From Flavobacteriaceae bacterium (lineage in GTDB: Bacteria; Bacteroidota; Bacteroidia; Flavobacteriales; Flavobacteriaceae), in contig JALRKI010000072.1 of the NCBI GenBank assembly GCA_023254815.1, positions 1-44,698 of the forward strand: a stretch of DNA of 44,698 nt. The letters run 5' to 3'. Below are positions 9,766 to 20,064 of the stretch, one piece after another. The notes beneath the pieces are model-generated. The model saw only the letters and a program-made list of their open reading frames with translations. It was not told the origin of the DNA and made no database searches. Position numbers and translations under genes: made by a program. How positions within the stretch are numbered: the stretch's first letter is position 1; the number at the start of each line of letters is the position of its first letter.

Positions 9766-10473
9766 TTATCCCTCCAGAGGCTCTGAAAAATATTTTTCGA
9801 GTTCTTTTAGAGTTTCTGGACTGGTTTGAAGATCCTTGATAACCTGCCCTTTTTCGAGAACCACGATGCGATCGCACACCTCCGTGACATGGGTGAGGTC
9901 GTGGCTCGAAATTAAAAAAGTAGTATGGGTATTCTGGGTTTCCGATTTGATCAGTTGCTTCAATCTTATTTGAGTTGACGGATCAAGATTGGCGAAGGGC
10001 TCATCCAAAATGACCACTTCTGGGTTGCCAATTAGCGCTCCAATTAGCCCTACTTTTTTCTGATTTCCTTTACTCAGGTCTCTCAACAATTTGCGTTTTC
10101 CCAGTATTTCATCGTTAAAAAACCCTTCAAATTTAGACGTAAACTCTGCCACTTCACCTTTGCTAAGTCCACGCAGCTTGCCAATAAACGCAAAATACTC
10201 TTCAGGTGTCAAGTACCCGATTAAAAAACTTTCGTCTAAGAAAGCTGAAGTAAAAGGTTTCCAGTCTTCGGAAACATCGATTCGAACTCCCTTGGAGTGA
10301 ATTTGTCCTGTGGTTGGTCTGATTAGGTCTAACAACAGACTGAAAAACGTTGTTTTGCCTGCTCCGTTATTTCCAACCAACCCAAAACTTTGTCCCTTAG
10401 GAATAGACAGCTCGTCAATATTTAGAACCTCAACATTTAGGTATTTTTTGGTTAATTTTTCTACAACAATCAT
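9766..10473 (-). CDS. ABC transporter ATP-binding protein
   Basis: Walker A GNNGAGKTT, signature-like LSKGNQKKV, Walker B VVILDEP and an H-loop SSHD. Confidence 0.9.
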   Translation of the reverse strand: MIVVEKLTKKYLNVEVLNIDELSIPKGQSFGLVGNNGAGKTTFFSLLLDLIRPTTGQIHSKGVRIDVSEDWKPFTSAFLDESFLIGYLTPEEYFAFIGKLRGLSKGEVAEFTSKFEGFFNDEILGKRKLLRDLSKGNQKKVGLIGALIGNPEVVILDEPFANLDPSTQIRLKQLIKSETQNTHTTFLISSHDLTHVTEVCDRIVVLEKGQVIKDLQTSPETLKELEKYFSEPLEG

Positions 10474-10484
10474 GGCGCTAAATA

Positions 10485-11960
10485 TTAGGATTCTTGTGCA
10501 AATGCAGCAATGGTTTTGTGTTTACCTTTTATATAAATTCTTTCAATCAAACTGAGAAATTGAGATCGAAAAGCCAATCCCAACAAGCCACTTAGGGCGA
10601 TGCATATCAATCCAGCATCAAAGCTGATGAGCCTATATGGAATATAAAAAAACAACATGGGTAAAAAGATTTTTGGCAGTCCTATCAATAACTGAGTTGG
10701 ATTGAAACCACTGGTATTGGCAAAGGCTTTGGCCTTTTCATTTAAAACGATAGGGGTTCTGTTGAGCGCCCCGCCAATCAAGGTGATGAAGGAATTTAAT
10801 CCAACATTAAATAGGGCACCCGCTGCAATCATAGCGAAAATGTCCCAACCAAAATACAAATAAGGGAAGCTCAGCAAGAAAGAAACGAGAACACCAAAAA
10901 CCATAAGCATCCATTTAGCGTTTAAATATTGACGATAAGGAATGTTCTGGCTCATCAAAAGTTTGTAATACTGACTGTCCCATGAGGGCACCTGTTGACC
11001 AAAAGTCATTAAAAATCCTCCAGTAACAAATATTGAGGCAAAAACCAAAATGGTAGGTATTTCCTTATAAACGTCTTGAGTGTAAAAGATTAGTCCGTAA
11101 AATAAAAACATAAACGACACCAAAAGCACTTGTCGCGGTCTGACATTGCGACGGATTAGCCTAATGTCATTTTCAAGAAATGGGGCAACGGGCCCGAAGT
11201 GTTTCAGCCAAGACAAATCGGCATCTTCAGCCAGGGTAACTTTTTTAGAAACCATGTCGTCTAAATAAAACCCATTGAGCAACAAAGATTTGTTGGTTCG
11301 ATAGAGCAAATACATCACCAATATCGGGGCAACAACCCAGTAGGGTTTGTCGAAAAAAGCATAAAAGCACTGTCCTGCAAAGACCCTAGGGTCGAAAATA
11401 CTAAAGAAATTTAACCCAACCCCGAGAGCAACTATGGTCAGCAAGGCGTAAAAAAAAGTGTTGTTTTTATTAATTAAAAAGTTGGTAAAATTTATACTAA
11501 ACGACACGCTCACCATCCCAAAAAACCAAGCTAGCGTTTGAATTGGGTCATAATCATTTGCCAATAGAACAACCGTAAAAGGGATGTAAAGTAATAGCGG
11601 TAAAATATTAAAAAAGGACGTTAAGGACTTAAGCAAAACAAAGCGAACCACTTTATTCCTTCGAACGGGTAAAGTCATCAAGGGCTTGACATTCAAAACC
11701 GGAAGCTGCTGTAAAAAGTATCTCAACAACAGGTCTACGGCTACCCAGATTACCAAAAGATTGTTGACGGTGACGAGCGGATCCACGTCTGGAGCAGATT
11801 TTTTGGCGATGAAATATATTACCCCTCCAAGCAACACAGCAGTTCCTCCAAAATAAAGCACCAAAAAGCCAATTAGAATTTTTAACGCTAGACTCTTTTG
11901 AAAATAGGCCGCACGAATAAATTGGAGCCATTCAAGTCTAAAAAAATCGGCAATCTGCAT
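10485..11960 (-). CDS. Polytopic membrane protein, putative non-canonical permease partner of the ABC ATPase (DUF5687-like from memory)
   Basis: 491 aa with at least 10 hydrophobic segments. Lies 11 nt upstream of the ATPase on the same strand. Confidence 0.6.
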   Translation of the reverse strand: MQIADFFRLEWLQFIRAAYFQKSLALKILIGFLVLYFGGTAVLLGGVIYFIAKKSAPDVDPLVTVNNLLVIWVAVDLLLRYFLQQLPVLNVKPLMTLPVRRNKVVRFVLLKSLTSFFNILPLLLYIPFTVVLLANDYDPIQTLAWFFGMVSVSFSINFTNFLINKNNTFFYALLTIVALGVGLNFFSIFDPRVFAGQCFYAFFDKPYWVVAPILVMYLLYRTNKSLLLNGFYLDDMVSKKVTLAEDADLSWLKHFGPVAPFLENDIRLIRRNVRPRQVLLVSFMFLFYGLIFYTQDVYKEIPTILVFASIFVTGGFLMTFGQQVPSWDSQYYKLLMSQNIPYRQYLNAKWMLMVFGVLVSFLLSFPYLYFGWDIFAMIAAGALFNVGLNSFITLIGGALNRTPIVLNEKAKAFANTSGFNPTQLLIGLPKIFLPMLFFYIPYRLISFDAGLICIALSGLLGLAFRSQFLSLIERIYIKGKHKTIAAFAQES

Positions 11961-12024
11961 GGAGACTAATAGAATTTAGGGTAAAAAGACAAGCACTAAT
12001 TTAACTAAAAAAATTTAAGTTGTT

Positions 12025-12032
12025 TATTTTTG
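12025..12032 (+). promoter_or_regulatory. -7 box TATTTTTG upstream of the reductase gene
   Basis: Exact TAnnTTTG match, 16 nt upstream of the ATG at 12049. Confidence 0.35.
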
Positions 12033-12048
12033 ACGACAAATTCACCCG

Positions 12049-13086
12049 ATGAGCCAATTTCACCAACTTCAAATTAATGCCGTAGTTCCGGTAACCAAAG
12101 ATTCTGTAAAAATTACTTTTACCATACCCCAAGAGCTAAAAACAGCATATAGTTTTTTCGCAGGTCAATATTTGAGCCTTAAGGCAGTCATCAATGGGGA
12201 AACGGTTATTCGAGATTATTCAATTTGCAGCAGCCCTTCTTCTGGCGAATTGTCCGTTGGAATAAAAAGGTTAAACGGGGGGTTGTTTTCAAGCTACGCT
12301 CAGACTTTAAAAGTTGGTGACATCCTGCAGGTTAGAACTCCTCAAGGCAGATTCGTTTTAGAACAAGACACTCAAACGTTTGTGGGAATTGCAGCTGGAA
12401 GCGGAATCACCCCAATAATGAGTTTGTTACAGCATTTTTTAGAACATTCCAAAGGGAAGGCCTATCTGATTTATGGCAATAAAACCCCGGAAGACAGTAT
12501 GTTTCTATCTGCCCTCAAGATGTTAAAGAACACTTACCACGACCGATTGCACTTGCAATGGATTTTCAGTAGAGTTGAAATGCCTGAAGCGGGTGTCGGC
12601 AGAATTAATGCGCAAAAAATAGAGTCATTTTTGCAGGACTTTTCTCTTCAGGTCGGGAGGAGTCGCTTCTATCTTTGTGGACCAAACGACATGGTTCAAG
12701 AGGTTAAGGGAAAACTGTCGGCCCTGGGTCACCCTGAAACTAACGTCCAACATGAATTGTTTTTTGTTCCAACAGAAGCTTCCGACAGTTTGGCTGTTTC
12801 TGATGGTAAAACCAAGATTACTTTAGTTTTAGATGGCGAATCTGTCGAATTTGAGATGAGTCGCAATCAATTTGTGTTAGATGCTGCCCTGGCGAAAGAT
12901 TTAGACGCCCCCTACTCATGCAAAGGAGGTGTTTGCAGCAGCTGTATTGCCAAAGTGACTGAAGGAAATGTCGAAATGGTTCAAAACAACGTGCTCACCG
13001 ACGCCGATTTGAAATTGGGCTATATTTTGACTTGCCAATCTCGTCCTACAAGTCCATCTCTGACGGTGGACTATGACGATGTTTAA
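12049..13086 (+). CDS. Ferredoxin-NAD(P) reductase fused to a plant-type 2Fe-2S ferredoxin (PaaE/PaaK-like)
   Basis: RDYSICS (RxYS FAD motif), GIAAGSGITP (NAD motif), and C-terminal CKGGVCSSC...C cluster ligands. Confidence 0.8.
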   Translation: MSQFHQLQINAVVPVTKDSVKITFTIPQELKTAYSFFAGQYLSLKAVINGETVIRDYSICSSPSSGELSVGIKRLNGGLFSSYAQTLKVGDILQVRTPQGRFVLEQDTQTFVGIAAGSGITPIMSLLQHFLEHSKGKAYLIYGNKTPEDSMFLSALKMLKNTYHDRLHLQWIFSRVEMPEAGVGRINAQKIESFLQDFSLQVGRSRFYLCGPNDMVQEVKGKLSALGHPETNVQHELFFVPTEASDSLAVSDGKTKITLVLDGESVEFEMSRNQFVLDAALAKDLDAPYSCKGGVCSSCIAKVTEGNVEMVQNNVLTDADLKLGYILTCQSRPTSPSLTVDYDDV

Positions 13087-14095
13087 GCCTTTCTAGCACC
13101 AGTTGATCGATCATTTCGGGGGTAACGGTTCTTATGGCGTTTTCATAGCCCTGAGGCATTTTGTTGCCATAAACGGAGGTGGGTATTTTATTAAATTTGG
13201 TCTTGTCTGCCATCAAACTGTTGCTGCCAGGCTGACCGAAAGGTGCGAATCCCAACAGTGGATGTGTGATGCCCCAAACAGTAATAACCTCCACGCCAAG
13301 CATGGCCGCTAAGTGACCGTTGCTAGAGTCCATAGCAATCATCAGATCAAGATTTGACATGAGTTGAATTTCTTCTGATAAATTTAACTGTCCAGCGAAG
13401 CATGTCACTTTTTCAAATTGGGAAGCCAAGTCATTTAGCGCTTTTACTTCTTCGTCTCCCCCGCCAAATAAAACTACGGCGCTATGCTTTTCTAATCGAG
13501 CTATCAATTGGCTTGCAAGATCTAGGGGGTATGTTTTGCCAATGTACCCTGCAAAAGGGGCAAATCCAATCAACTTTTCCTTTGGATTTTTTTGAATGCT
13601 TGAGGGCAGATTGAGTTTTGTTCTTGGTAAAATAAACTCTGCAAGATTCAATTTGAACCCAAGATTCCTAAATACATCGGCATACCTTTCATGAGTGACT
13701 TTTAACTGATCTTCGGTTCCTTGGTTCACTGCCAAATACTTTTCCTTTCTTCCCTTATCGATTATAGCCCACTTGTAGTCTTTCAAAAAAAGTCGCAACA
13801 ACTTTGTCCGCAAAACATTGTGTAAGTCGGCAATCATCGTTGGTTTCAATGCTTTAATTGCCTTAGACAATCGCCATAACCCTATTACTCCTCGGTGTTT
13901 CTCACGAAAGTCTACAGAGAACACCGACACATTCTCAAGATGACTGAAGATAGGCACAAAGGCCTTCTTTGTGACAACAGTAATTTGAACCGTCGGGAAT
14001 TGATTGCGCATGGCGGCAAGTACGGGCACAGTCATGGCAACATCACCCATTGAAGAAAGACGTATGGCTAAAATATGTAGATTGGTGTTCGTCAA
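13046..14095 (-). CDS. Glycosyltransferase family 9 (LPS heptosyltransferase-like)
   Basis: N-terminal HILAIRLSSMGDV motif; 349 aa. There is no ATG before this motif; the start appears to be the TTG at 14095-14093, directly after the upstream stop (TAATTG). Confidence 0.8.
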   Translation of the reverse strand: MTNTNLHILAIRLSSMGDVAMTVPVLAAMRNQFPTVQITVVTKKAFVPIFSHLENVSVFSVDFREKHRGVIGLWRLSKAIKALKPTMIADLHNVLRTKLLRLFLKDYKWAIIDKGRKEKYLAVNQGTEDQLKVTHERYADVFRNLGFKLNLAEFILPRTKLNLPSSIQKNPKEKLIGFAPFAGYIGKTYPLDLASQLIARLEKHSAVVLFGGGDEEVKALNDLASQFEKVTCFAGQLNLSEEIQLMSNLDLMIAMDSSNGHLAAMLGVEVITVWGITHPLLGFAPFGQPGSNSLMADKTKFNKIPTSVYGNKMPQGYENAIRTVTPEMIDQLVLERLKHRHSPPSEMDL

Positions 14096-14707
14096 TTAAG
14101 ATTTAAGCTTTCTTAAAATTGGATTCAGCTCCTCGTCGTTATACATTTTCATCTGCTTATAAACCTTCATGAATTTATTGCCAGAAGAAATGTCACTAAT
14201 CAGTTCATCGATGGCTTGTGACAAATCGACCCTTTGCTCCAGGAGTACGTTCAGTTTTTTTTGACAAGCCAATTTGTGGTTCTCCGAAGCATCCTCTCTC
14301 AGAGTTTCTAGCTCCATATGATAGATCTTTAAGGCCAAAATTGACAGTCGGTCAAGCGCCCAAGCTGGACTTTCTGAATTGATTGTAGCTTCCTTTCTGG
14401 GTTGGATCGATTCGAATTGCTTTAAAAAATATCCATCGATATATTCTACAGTGTCTGTTCGGTCTTGATTGGAGGCATCTATTTTTCTTTTCAAATCAAG
14501 AGCTTTTTTGGGGTCAATGTTTGGATCGCGGATAATGTCTTCATAGGCCCACTGAACGGTATCGATCCAGCACTTGCGATAAAACAAGTGCCCCAACGGA
14601 TCCTTGTTGTGGTCTATCGGGTTTATAAATGGTTGTTCTACCCTGTTCAAAACTTTATAATCAGAAATTGCTTTTTGAAAAATATCGTTGGCCTTTGCTG
14701 CAATCAT
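14096..14707 (-). CDS. DUF4254-like protein, conserved GT9 partner (from memory)
   Basis: Trimmed to MIAAKANDIF... (ATG 14707-14705), which lies 17 nt downstream of a TATATTTG box. Zero-nt gap to the GT9 start. Confidence 0.6.
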   Translation of the reverse strand: MIAAKANDIFQKAISDYKVLNRVEQPFINPIDHNKDPLGHLFYRKCWIDTVQWAYEDIIRDPNIDPKKALDLKRKIDASNQDRTDTVEYIDGYFLKQFESIQPRKEATINSESPAWALDRLSILALKIYHMELETLREDASENHKLACQKKLNVLLEQRVDLSQAIDELISDISSGNKFMKVYKQMKMYNDEELNPILRKLKS

Positions 14708-14724
14708 GGAATACTTATTTGATG

Positions 14725-14732
14725 CAAATATA
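14725..14732 (-). promoter_or_regulatory. -7 box TATATTTG for the DUF4254-like/GT9 operon
   Basis: The plus strand reads CAAATATA, an exact TAnnTTTG on the minus strand, 17 nt from the ATG at 14707. Confidence 0.4.
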
Positions 14733-14832
14733 ACTTGAATTGAAGAAACTCTTAATTTTAGGCAATGCCAATAATATGTTTTGGTTGGACCATTCAGCTT
14801 TGTTATCTTTACCGCCATAAATTAATATTGCA

Positions 14833-15060
14833 ATGACAGCATTTTTTACAGCCTTGGGAGATTTGTTTACCAATGTTTTGTTTGTTCCCTTTTCTTTTCT
14901 AGCCGAAATCGAATTGGACAATTGGTGGGCTGCTAACGTAATGACTTGGTTGTTTGCGGTAATTGGATTAGTTGCATTTACTTATTGGATGTCACAATTG
15001 AATCGGTATGACAAAAACGGCGAAGAGGACAAATCCATTTCGGCACATTCCTACCTATAA
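14833..15060 (+). CDS. Small 2-TM membrane protein, function unknown
   Basis: 75 aa with two hydrophobic helices and an acidic tail. Converges on purD with a 6-nt overlap. Confidence 0.5.
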   Translation: MTAFFTALGDLFTNVLFVPFSFLAEIELDNWWAANVMTWLFAVIGLVAFTYWMSQLNRYDKNGEEDKSISAHSYL

Positions 15061-16326
15061 ATCAAATCCTATATCTTTTCGGTAATATCTTCCATCAAAT
15101 TTGATTGTGTCAATTTGATCGTAGATTTTTTTGGTTGCGACTTTATGATTTTCTCCAAAAGCTGATACGGCCATTACCCTTCCTCCATTGGTTACAGTTT
15201 TGTCATTCTTCTTTATAGCGCCAGCATGAAAAAGATGCACACCAGCCACATCGTCAAGACCGCTAATTTCCTTACCATTTTGGTAGTGTCCCGGATACCC
15301 ACCTGACACCATCATAACGGTTGCTGAAGTGCGTTCGTCTATCTCTAATTGATAATCCTTAAGCCTGCCTTCATTTAGAGATACAAAAAGTTCTACCAAA
15401 TCTGTCTTAATTCGAGGAACAACCACCTCAGTTTCGGGATCGCCAAAACGAACATTATATTCAATAACAAATGGGTCGTCCTTTACCTTAATGAGCCCGA
15501 TAAAGACAACTCCCACATAAGGCAATTGGTCCTTTTGAAGTCCAGCAATAGTTGGTCTCACGATGCGTGACTCTACCTTGTTAAAAAAAACCTCATCTAC
15601 AAAAGGCACAGGAGAAACGGCACCCATTCCTCCAGTATTTAGCCCAGTATCGCCTTCTCCAATGCGCTTATAATCTTTCGCCATAGGCAGAATTTTATAA
15701 CTCTTGCCATCGGTAAGTACAAAACAGCTCAACTCTATTCCCGACAAAAACTCCTCAATAACTACGGTTCGGCTGGCTTCACCAAAAGTTTGGTTCTCTA
15801 GCATATCCTTGAGAACGGCTTGTGCTTCATTCAGATTATCGATAATCAAGACCCCCTTACCGGCAGCCAGTCCATCAGCCTTCAAGACATAGGGCGGCTT
15901 CAGAGTAGATAAAAATTGAAGGCCGTTTTCAAGAGTTTCTACAGTGAAAACATCATAAGCCGCAGTAGGAATATTGTGTCGATTCATAAACGCTTTTGCA
16001 AAGGCCTTGCTGCCTTCGAGCTCTGCCGCCGCCTTGGCCGGACCGATAACCGCAACGTTTTTCAGTGCTTTGTTTGACTTTATAGCGTCATGAATTCCAT
16101 GAACCAATGGGGCTTCGGGGCCAACAACCACCATGTCAATGGCTTCGCTCTTCACAAAGCCAATTACGGCTTCAAAATTTGTTGGATCAATCTCAATGTT
16201 AGTGGCTACCTGCCCTGTTCCGGAGTTTCCTGGGGCTACGAAAAGCGAATCACATAATGGACTCTGGGACATTTTCCAGGCTAAGGTGTGTTCTCTGCCG
16301 CCAGATCCCAATATTAAAATTCTCAT
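15055..16326 (-). CDS. purD: Phosphoribosylamine-glycine ligase
   Basis: MRILILGSGGREH N-terminus, an ATP-grasp core, 423 aa. Confidence 0.95.
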   Translation of the reverse strand: MRILILGSGGREHTLAWKMSQSPLCDSLFVAPGNSGTGQVATNIEIDPTNFEAVIGFVKSEAIDMVVVGPEAPLVHGIHDAIKSNKALKNVAVIGPAKAAAELEGSKAFAKAFMNRHNIPTAAYDVFTVETLENGLQFLSTLKPPYVLKADGLAAGKGVLIIDNLNEAQAVLKDMLENQTFGEASRTVVIEEFLSGIELSCFVLTDGKSYKILPMAKDYKRIGEGDTGLNTGGMGAVSPVPFVDEVFFNKVESRIVRPTIAGLQKDQLPYVGVVFIGLIKVKDDPFVIEYNVRFGDPETEVVVPRIKTDLVELFVSLNEGRLKDYQLEIDERTSATVMMVSGGYPGHYQNGKEISGLDDVAGVHLFHAGAIKKNDKTVTNGGRVMAVSAFGENHKVATKKIYDQIDTIKFDGRYYRKDIGFDL

Positions 16327-16327
16327 G

Positions 16328-17683
16328 CTAATAGGCTTTTTTGTCTCCTCGAATGAACTTATACATTGTCTGCAAAATTATCTTAAAATCTAACAATGGA
16401 GACCAATTTTCAATGTAAAAAATGTCATATTTGACGCGATTAATGATGTCGACAGGAGACTCAACCTCTCCTCTGAACCCTTTGATTTGGGCCAATCCTG
16501 TGATTCCTGGTTTAACAAAGTGCCTTACCATAAATTTATCAACCGAACTAGCGTACATCTGAGAGTGTGAAACCATGTGGGGACGGGGCCCAACCACCGA
16601 CATGTCTCCCAAAAAAACATTGATAAATTGAGGCAATTCGTCCACGCTCGTGCGGCGTAACAATCGACCTACTCGGGTCACTCTCTCATCACCCTTGGTT
16701 ACTTGAATCAAATCGGCCTCATCGTTCAATATCATGCTTCGAAATTTATAGCAAGTAAATTCATGATTGTTAAAGCCGTTTCTCTTTTGCTTGAACAATA
16801 TCGGACCTTTGGTTTCTAGTTTTATCAGTATCCCTAATATCGGGATTAACCAAGAGAGCAAAAGGACCATCACCATAATGGAGAATAAAATATCGAAACC
16901 TCTTTTGAGCTGGCGGTTTATAGGAATTTCTAGGGGCATATGTCTCAACGACACCACAGGAATATAGTCATAATAGTCGCGTGTAAGACTTTGTGAAGAC
17001 AAGCGTTTTTCGTCAGGCAAAAACTTAATAATCTTCAAATTGTTATCTGCAAAATCAATTAAAGCATTAAGTTGCTCTGGATTCAGTTCCTTCTCGGAAC
17101 AATAAATCTCGTCAATATTGTGCTCCAAAATAAAGCGACAACACTCTTCTACGGAAATTGCATTTGGTCCTCGAAAAGTCATCGTCGCATGGAGTTTGTA
17201 TCCATATTCAGGATTTTCTTTAAAAAAGTGTTCTAAATTGTTCACGTTTCCGTTGCTTCCGACAACTACTGTTCTTCTGAAATTGCCCCCAAAATCGGAT
17301 CTATAGCGCTGCAAAGCAAAATAAACAAAATACTTTGCCAGACTAACACAAATGAATAGGGCTATAATATACTGTCCGATTACTGCGGGAGTCATGCTGT
17401 CAAAGTCCCAAAGTGCTGAAATTGACAATACTACTAAGGCAAAAACAATTAGCTGCTTAACTATTTTTGTAAAAATAACGGTCAGCCTAGTAAAACGATA
17501 GACTTCATAGAACGGCGATATTATTGAGATCACAACCCACGATATGGAAGCAAAAAGAAAAAAATTCATGCCATCTTCGTGTCTAAAAAACATCAAATAA
17601 CCCAATCCATTGACCAAGGTGAGGTCAATGATATATGAAATGGGGCGAAGAAATTTAGAATACCGGCCTTGTCTTATCGTCAC
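16328..17683 (-). CDS. Polyprenyl-phosphate hexose-1-phosphate transferase (WbaP/WcaJ-type priming sugar transferase)
   Basis: Four to five N-terminal TM helices, then a C-terminal bacterial sugar transferase domain (KRGFDILFS..., [10 protein letters not shown]). GTG start in a GTGA overlap with the upstream stop. Confidence 0.85.
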   Translation of the reverse strand: MTIRQGRYSKFLRPISYIIDLTLVNGLGYLMFFRHEDGMNFFLFASISWVVISIISPFYEVYRFTRLTVIFTKIVKQLIVFALVVLSISALWDFDSMTPAVIGQYIIALFICVSLAKYFVYFALQRYRSDFGGNFRRTVVVGSNGNVNNLEHFFKENPEYGYKLHATMTFRGPNAISVEECCRFILEHNIDEIYCSEKELNPEQLNALIDFADNNLKIIKFLPDEKRLSSQSLTRDYYDYIPVVSLRHMPLEIPINRQLKRGFDILFSIMVMVLLLSWLIPILGILIKLETKGPILFKQKRNGFNNHEFTCYKFRSMILNDEADLIQVTKGDERVTRVGRLLRRTSVDELPQFINVFLGDMSVVGPRPHMVSHSQMYASSVDKFMVRHFVKPGITGLAQIKGFRGEVESPVDIINRVKYDIFYIENWSPLLDFKIILQTMYKFIRGDKKAY

Positions 17684-18690
17684 TTTTCTTTATTTCGGGA
17701 GGTAAAATCCTTGTGCTCTTTTCTAAGCAGTTGTTCTCTTGGTAACGCAGCGAAATAAGTAAAAGTATTTGAAATCCCAACCTTTCTTGAAATGACAGGT
17801 TTCCAATCTAAAAGATCCTGAGCCAAGCGAATGTCTGGCTGCCGCTGAAGCGGATCGTTTTCTGTCAATTCCATATACCTTATCTTACTGTTACTCTTTG
17901 ACAGCTCTAATATTTCATGAGCGAAATCGAGAATTGTCAGTTCGTCTGGATTGCCCAAATTGACGGGCTCAAAATAATTTGAAAACAGCAATCTGTATAA
18001 ACCCTCGATCATGTCATCTACATAGCAGAAGGATCGGGTTTGCTTGCCATCTCCAAAAACGGTGAGATCTTCGCCTCGCAAGGCCTGTCCTATAAAGGCC
18101 GGTACCACACGCCCATCATTCAAGCGCATTCTTGGCCCATAGGTGTTAAAAATTCTGGCTATTCGCGTTTCTAAACCATGAACCCTGTGATAGGCCATGA
18201 CCAAAGATTCTTGGAATCGCTTTGCCTCATCATATACCCCCCTTGGCCCAATTGTGTTGACATTTCCGAAATAAGTTTCAGATTGGGGGTGTACCAAAGG
18301 GTCTCCATAAATTTCTGAGGTGGAAGCGATTAAAATGCGCGCTCCTTTGGCCTTGGCTAACCCAAGTAAATTGTGAGTGCCTAAAGACCCCACTTTAAGG
18401 GTTTGAATCGGAATTTTGACATAGTCGATTGGACTCGCAGGAGATGCAAAATGCATGATATAGTCAATAGGTCCTTCGATTTTTATAAAATTGGTGATGT
18501 CGTGTTCAAAAAATTCAAAATTTGGATTTCCTCTTAGGTGTTCCAAATTTGCCTTATGGCCAGTAATAAAATTGTCCATCCCAATGACATGAAAGCCTTC
18601 TGAAACAAACCGGTCGCAAAGGTGGGAGCCCAAAAAACCAGCAGCCCCAGTAATCAAAACGCGTTGATTCTTGTTTGTCAAAATCTTCAT
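17680..18690 (-). CDS. UDP-glucuronate decarboxylase (UDP-xylose synthase-like SDR)
   Basis: [10 protein letters not shown] Rossmann motif, YDEAKR catalytic YxxxK, 336 aa. Confidence 0.85.
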   Translation of the reverse strand: MKILTNKNQRVLITGAAGFLGSHLCDRFVSEGFHVIGMDNFITGHKANLEHLRGNPNFEFFEHDITNFIKIEGPIDYIMHFASPASPIDYVKIPIQTLKVGSLGTHNLLGLAKAKGARILIASTSEIYGDPLVHPQSETYFGNVNTIGPRGVYDEAKRFQESLVMAYHRVHGLETRIARIFNTYGPRMRLNDGRVVPAFIGQALRGEDLTVFGDGKQTRSFCYVDDMIEGLYRLLFSNYFEPVNLGNPDELTILDFAHEILELSKSNSKIRYMELTENDPLQRQPDIRLAQDLLDWKPVISRKVGISNTFTYFAALPREQLLRKEHKDFTSRNKEK

Positions 18691-20007
18691 TTATTGGGGT
18701 TGAACCAAGGCTCGACCTATTGAGCTGTAATAAAAACCTTCCTCTTGTAAAGTTATTGTATCGTATAAATTTCTTCCGTCGAAAATGGCAGGAGTAGTCA
18801 TTAAATTTTTGATTCGAGCGAAGTCTGGAGATCTGAAAATACTCCATTCCGTAGAAATCACCAAAGCATCGACTCCATTAACGGCATCATAGATGTTTGG
18901 ACAATAGTCAATTTTTGATCCATAAATTTTTTCGACATTGGCCATAGCCTCAGGATCGTGAACTTGAATTTTAGCTCCCCGATGCAACAACTCATCAATC
19001 ATAAATAAAGCAGGCGCTTCGCGTATGTCATCTGTTTCAGGTTTGAATGCCAGTCCCCAAATGGCTATTTTTTTCCCTTTGAGTTGTCCTTTAAAAAAGG
19101 CCTCTAGCCTAGGCAAAAGAACAGTTCTTTGGTTGTCGTTCGTCTTGATAACCGCTTCGAGAATATTGAAATTATGCCCCACTTCTTGACCTGAATGAAA
19201 AAGTGCTTTGACATCTTTTGGAAAGCAAGATCCTCCATAGCCAATTCCGGGAAACAAAAAACGCTTGCCTATTCGCGAATCTGTACCGACTCCTCTTCTG
19301 ACCATATCTACATCGGCGCCTACTTTTTCACAAAAATTGGCAATCTCATTCATAAAAGTAATTTTCGTTGCCAGAAAGGCATTGGCGGCATATTTGGTCA
19401 ATTCTGAAGATTTTTCGTCCATCACCAAAATAGGATTACCCGATCGAACAAAAGGGCGATACAACTGCTTCATTAAGTCTATTGCTCTATCGGATTGGGA
19501 TCCAATTATAATACGTTCTGGCTTCAAAAAATCTTCAACGGCAAAGCCTTCTCTGAGGAACTCCGGATTTGATACCACATCAAAAGCAATATTGGTGTGT
19601 TTATTTACCACTTCTCTCACCTTATCTGCAGTGCCAACCGGAACTGTGCTTTTGTTAACTATGACTTTGTAGTTGGTCATCTGTTGTCCAATAGCCTTGC
19701 TTACTTTTAACACGTATGACAAGTCTGCAAATCCATTTCCTCCATCAGGGGTAGGTAGGGCAAGCATGATAATATCTGAGTGGTCAAGTCCTTCTTTGAG
19801 TTCGGTAGAAAATCTTAACCTTCCTGAAAGAATGTTTCTCTGAAAAAGCTGATCCAAATGTGGCTCATAGATAGGTAATTTGCCAGCCGTCATGGTCTTT
19901 ACCTTGTCGACATTATTGTCCACACAAAGAACCTCAACGCCTGTTTCAGCCATGCAAGTTCCAGTAACTAGGCCAACATACCCTGTCCCAACAACAGTAA
20001 GTTTCAT
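18691..20007 (-). CDS. ugd: UDP-glucose 6-dehydrogenase
   Basis: GTGYVGLVTG motif and the catalytic GGSCFPKD motif; 438 aa. Zero-nt gap to the next gene. Confidence 0.9.
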   Translation of the reverse strand: MKLTVVGTGYVGLVTGTCMAETGVEVLCVDNNVDKVKTMTAGKLPIYEPHLDQLFQRNILSGRLRFSTELKEGLDHSDIIMLALPTPDGGNGFADLSYVLKVSKAIGQQMTNYKVIVNKSTVPVGTADKVREVVNKHTNIAFDVVSNPEFLREGFAVEDFLKPERIIIGSQSDRAIDLMKQLYRPFVRSGNPILVMDEKSSELTKYAANAFLATKITFMNEIANFCEKVGADVDMVRRGVGTDSRIGKRFLFPGIGYGGSCFPKDVKALFHSGQEVGHNFNILEAVIKTNDNQRTVLLPRLEAFFKGQLKGKKIAIWGLAFKPETDDIREAPALFMIDELLHRGAKIQVHDPEAMANVEKIYGSKIDYCPNIYDAVNGVDALVISTEWSIFRSPDFARIKNLMTTPAIFDGRNLYDTITLQEEGFYYSSIGRALVQPQ

Positions 20008-20029
20008 AGCGATGCATTTTATTGAGTTA

Positions 20030-20037
20030 CAAAAATA
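20030..20037 (-). promoter_or_regulatory. Internal -7 box TATTTTTG upstream of ugd
   Basis: The plus strand reads CAAAAATA, 22 nt from the ugd ATG, inside the only sizeable gap (57 nt) in the locus. Confidence 0.35.
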
Positions 20038-20064
20038 AGGAAGTTCAGCGGTTTGGCTTGAGGA

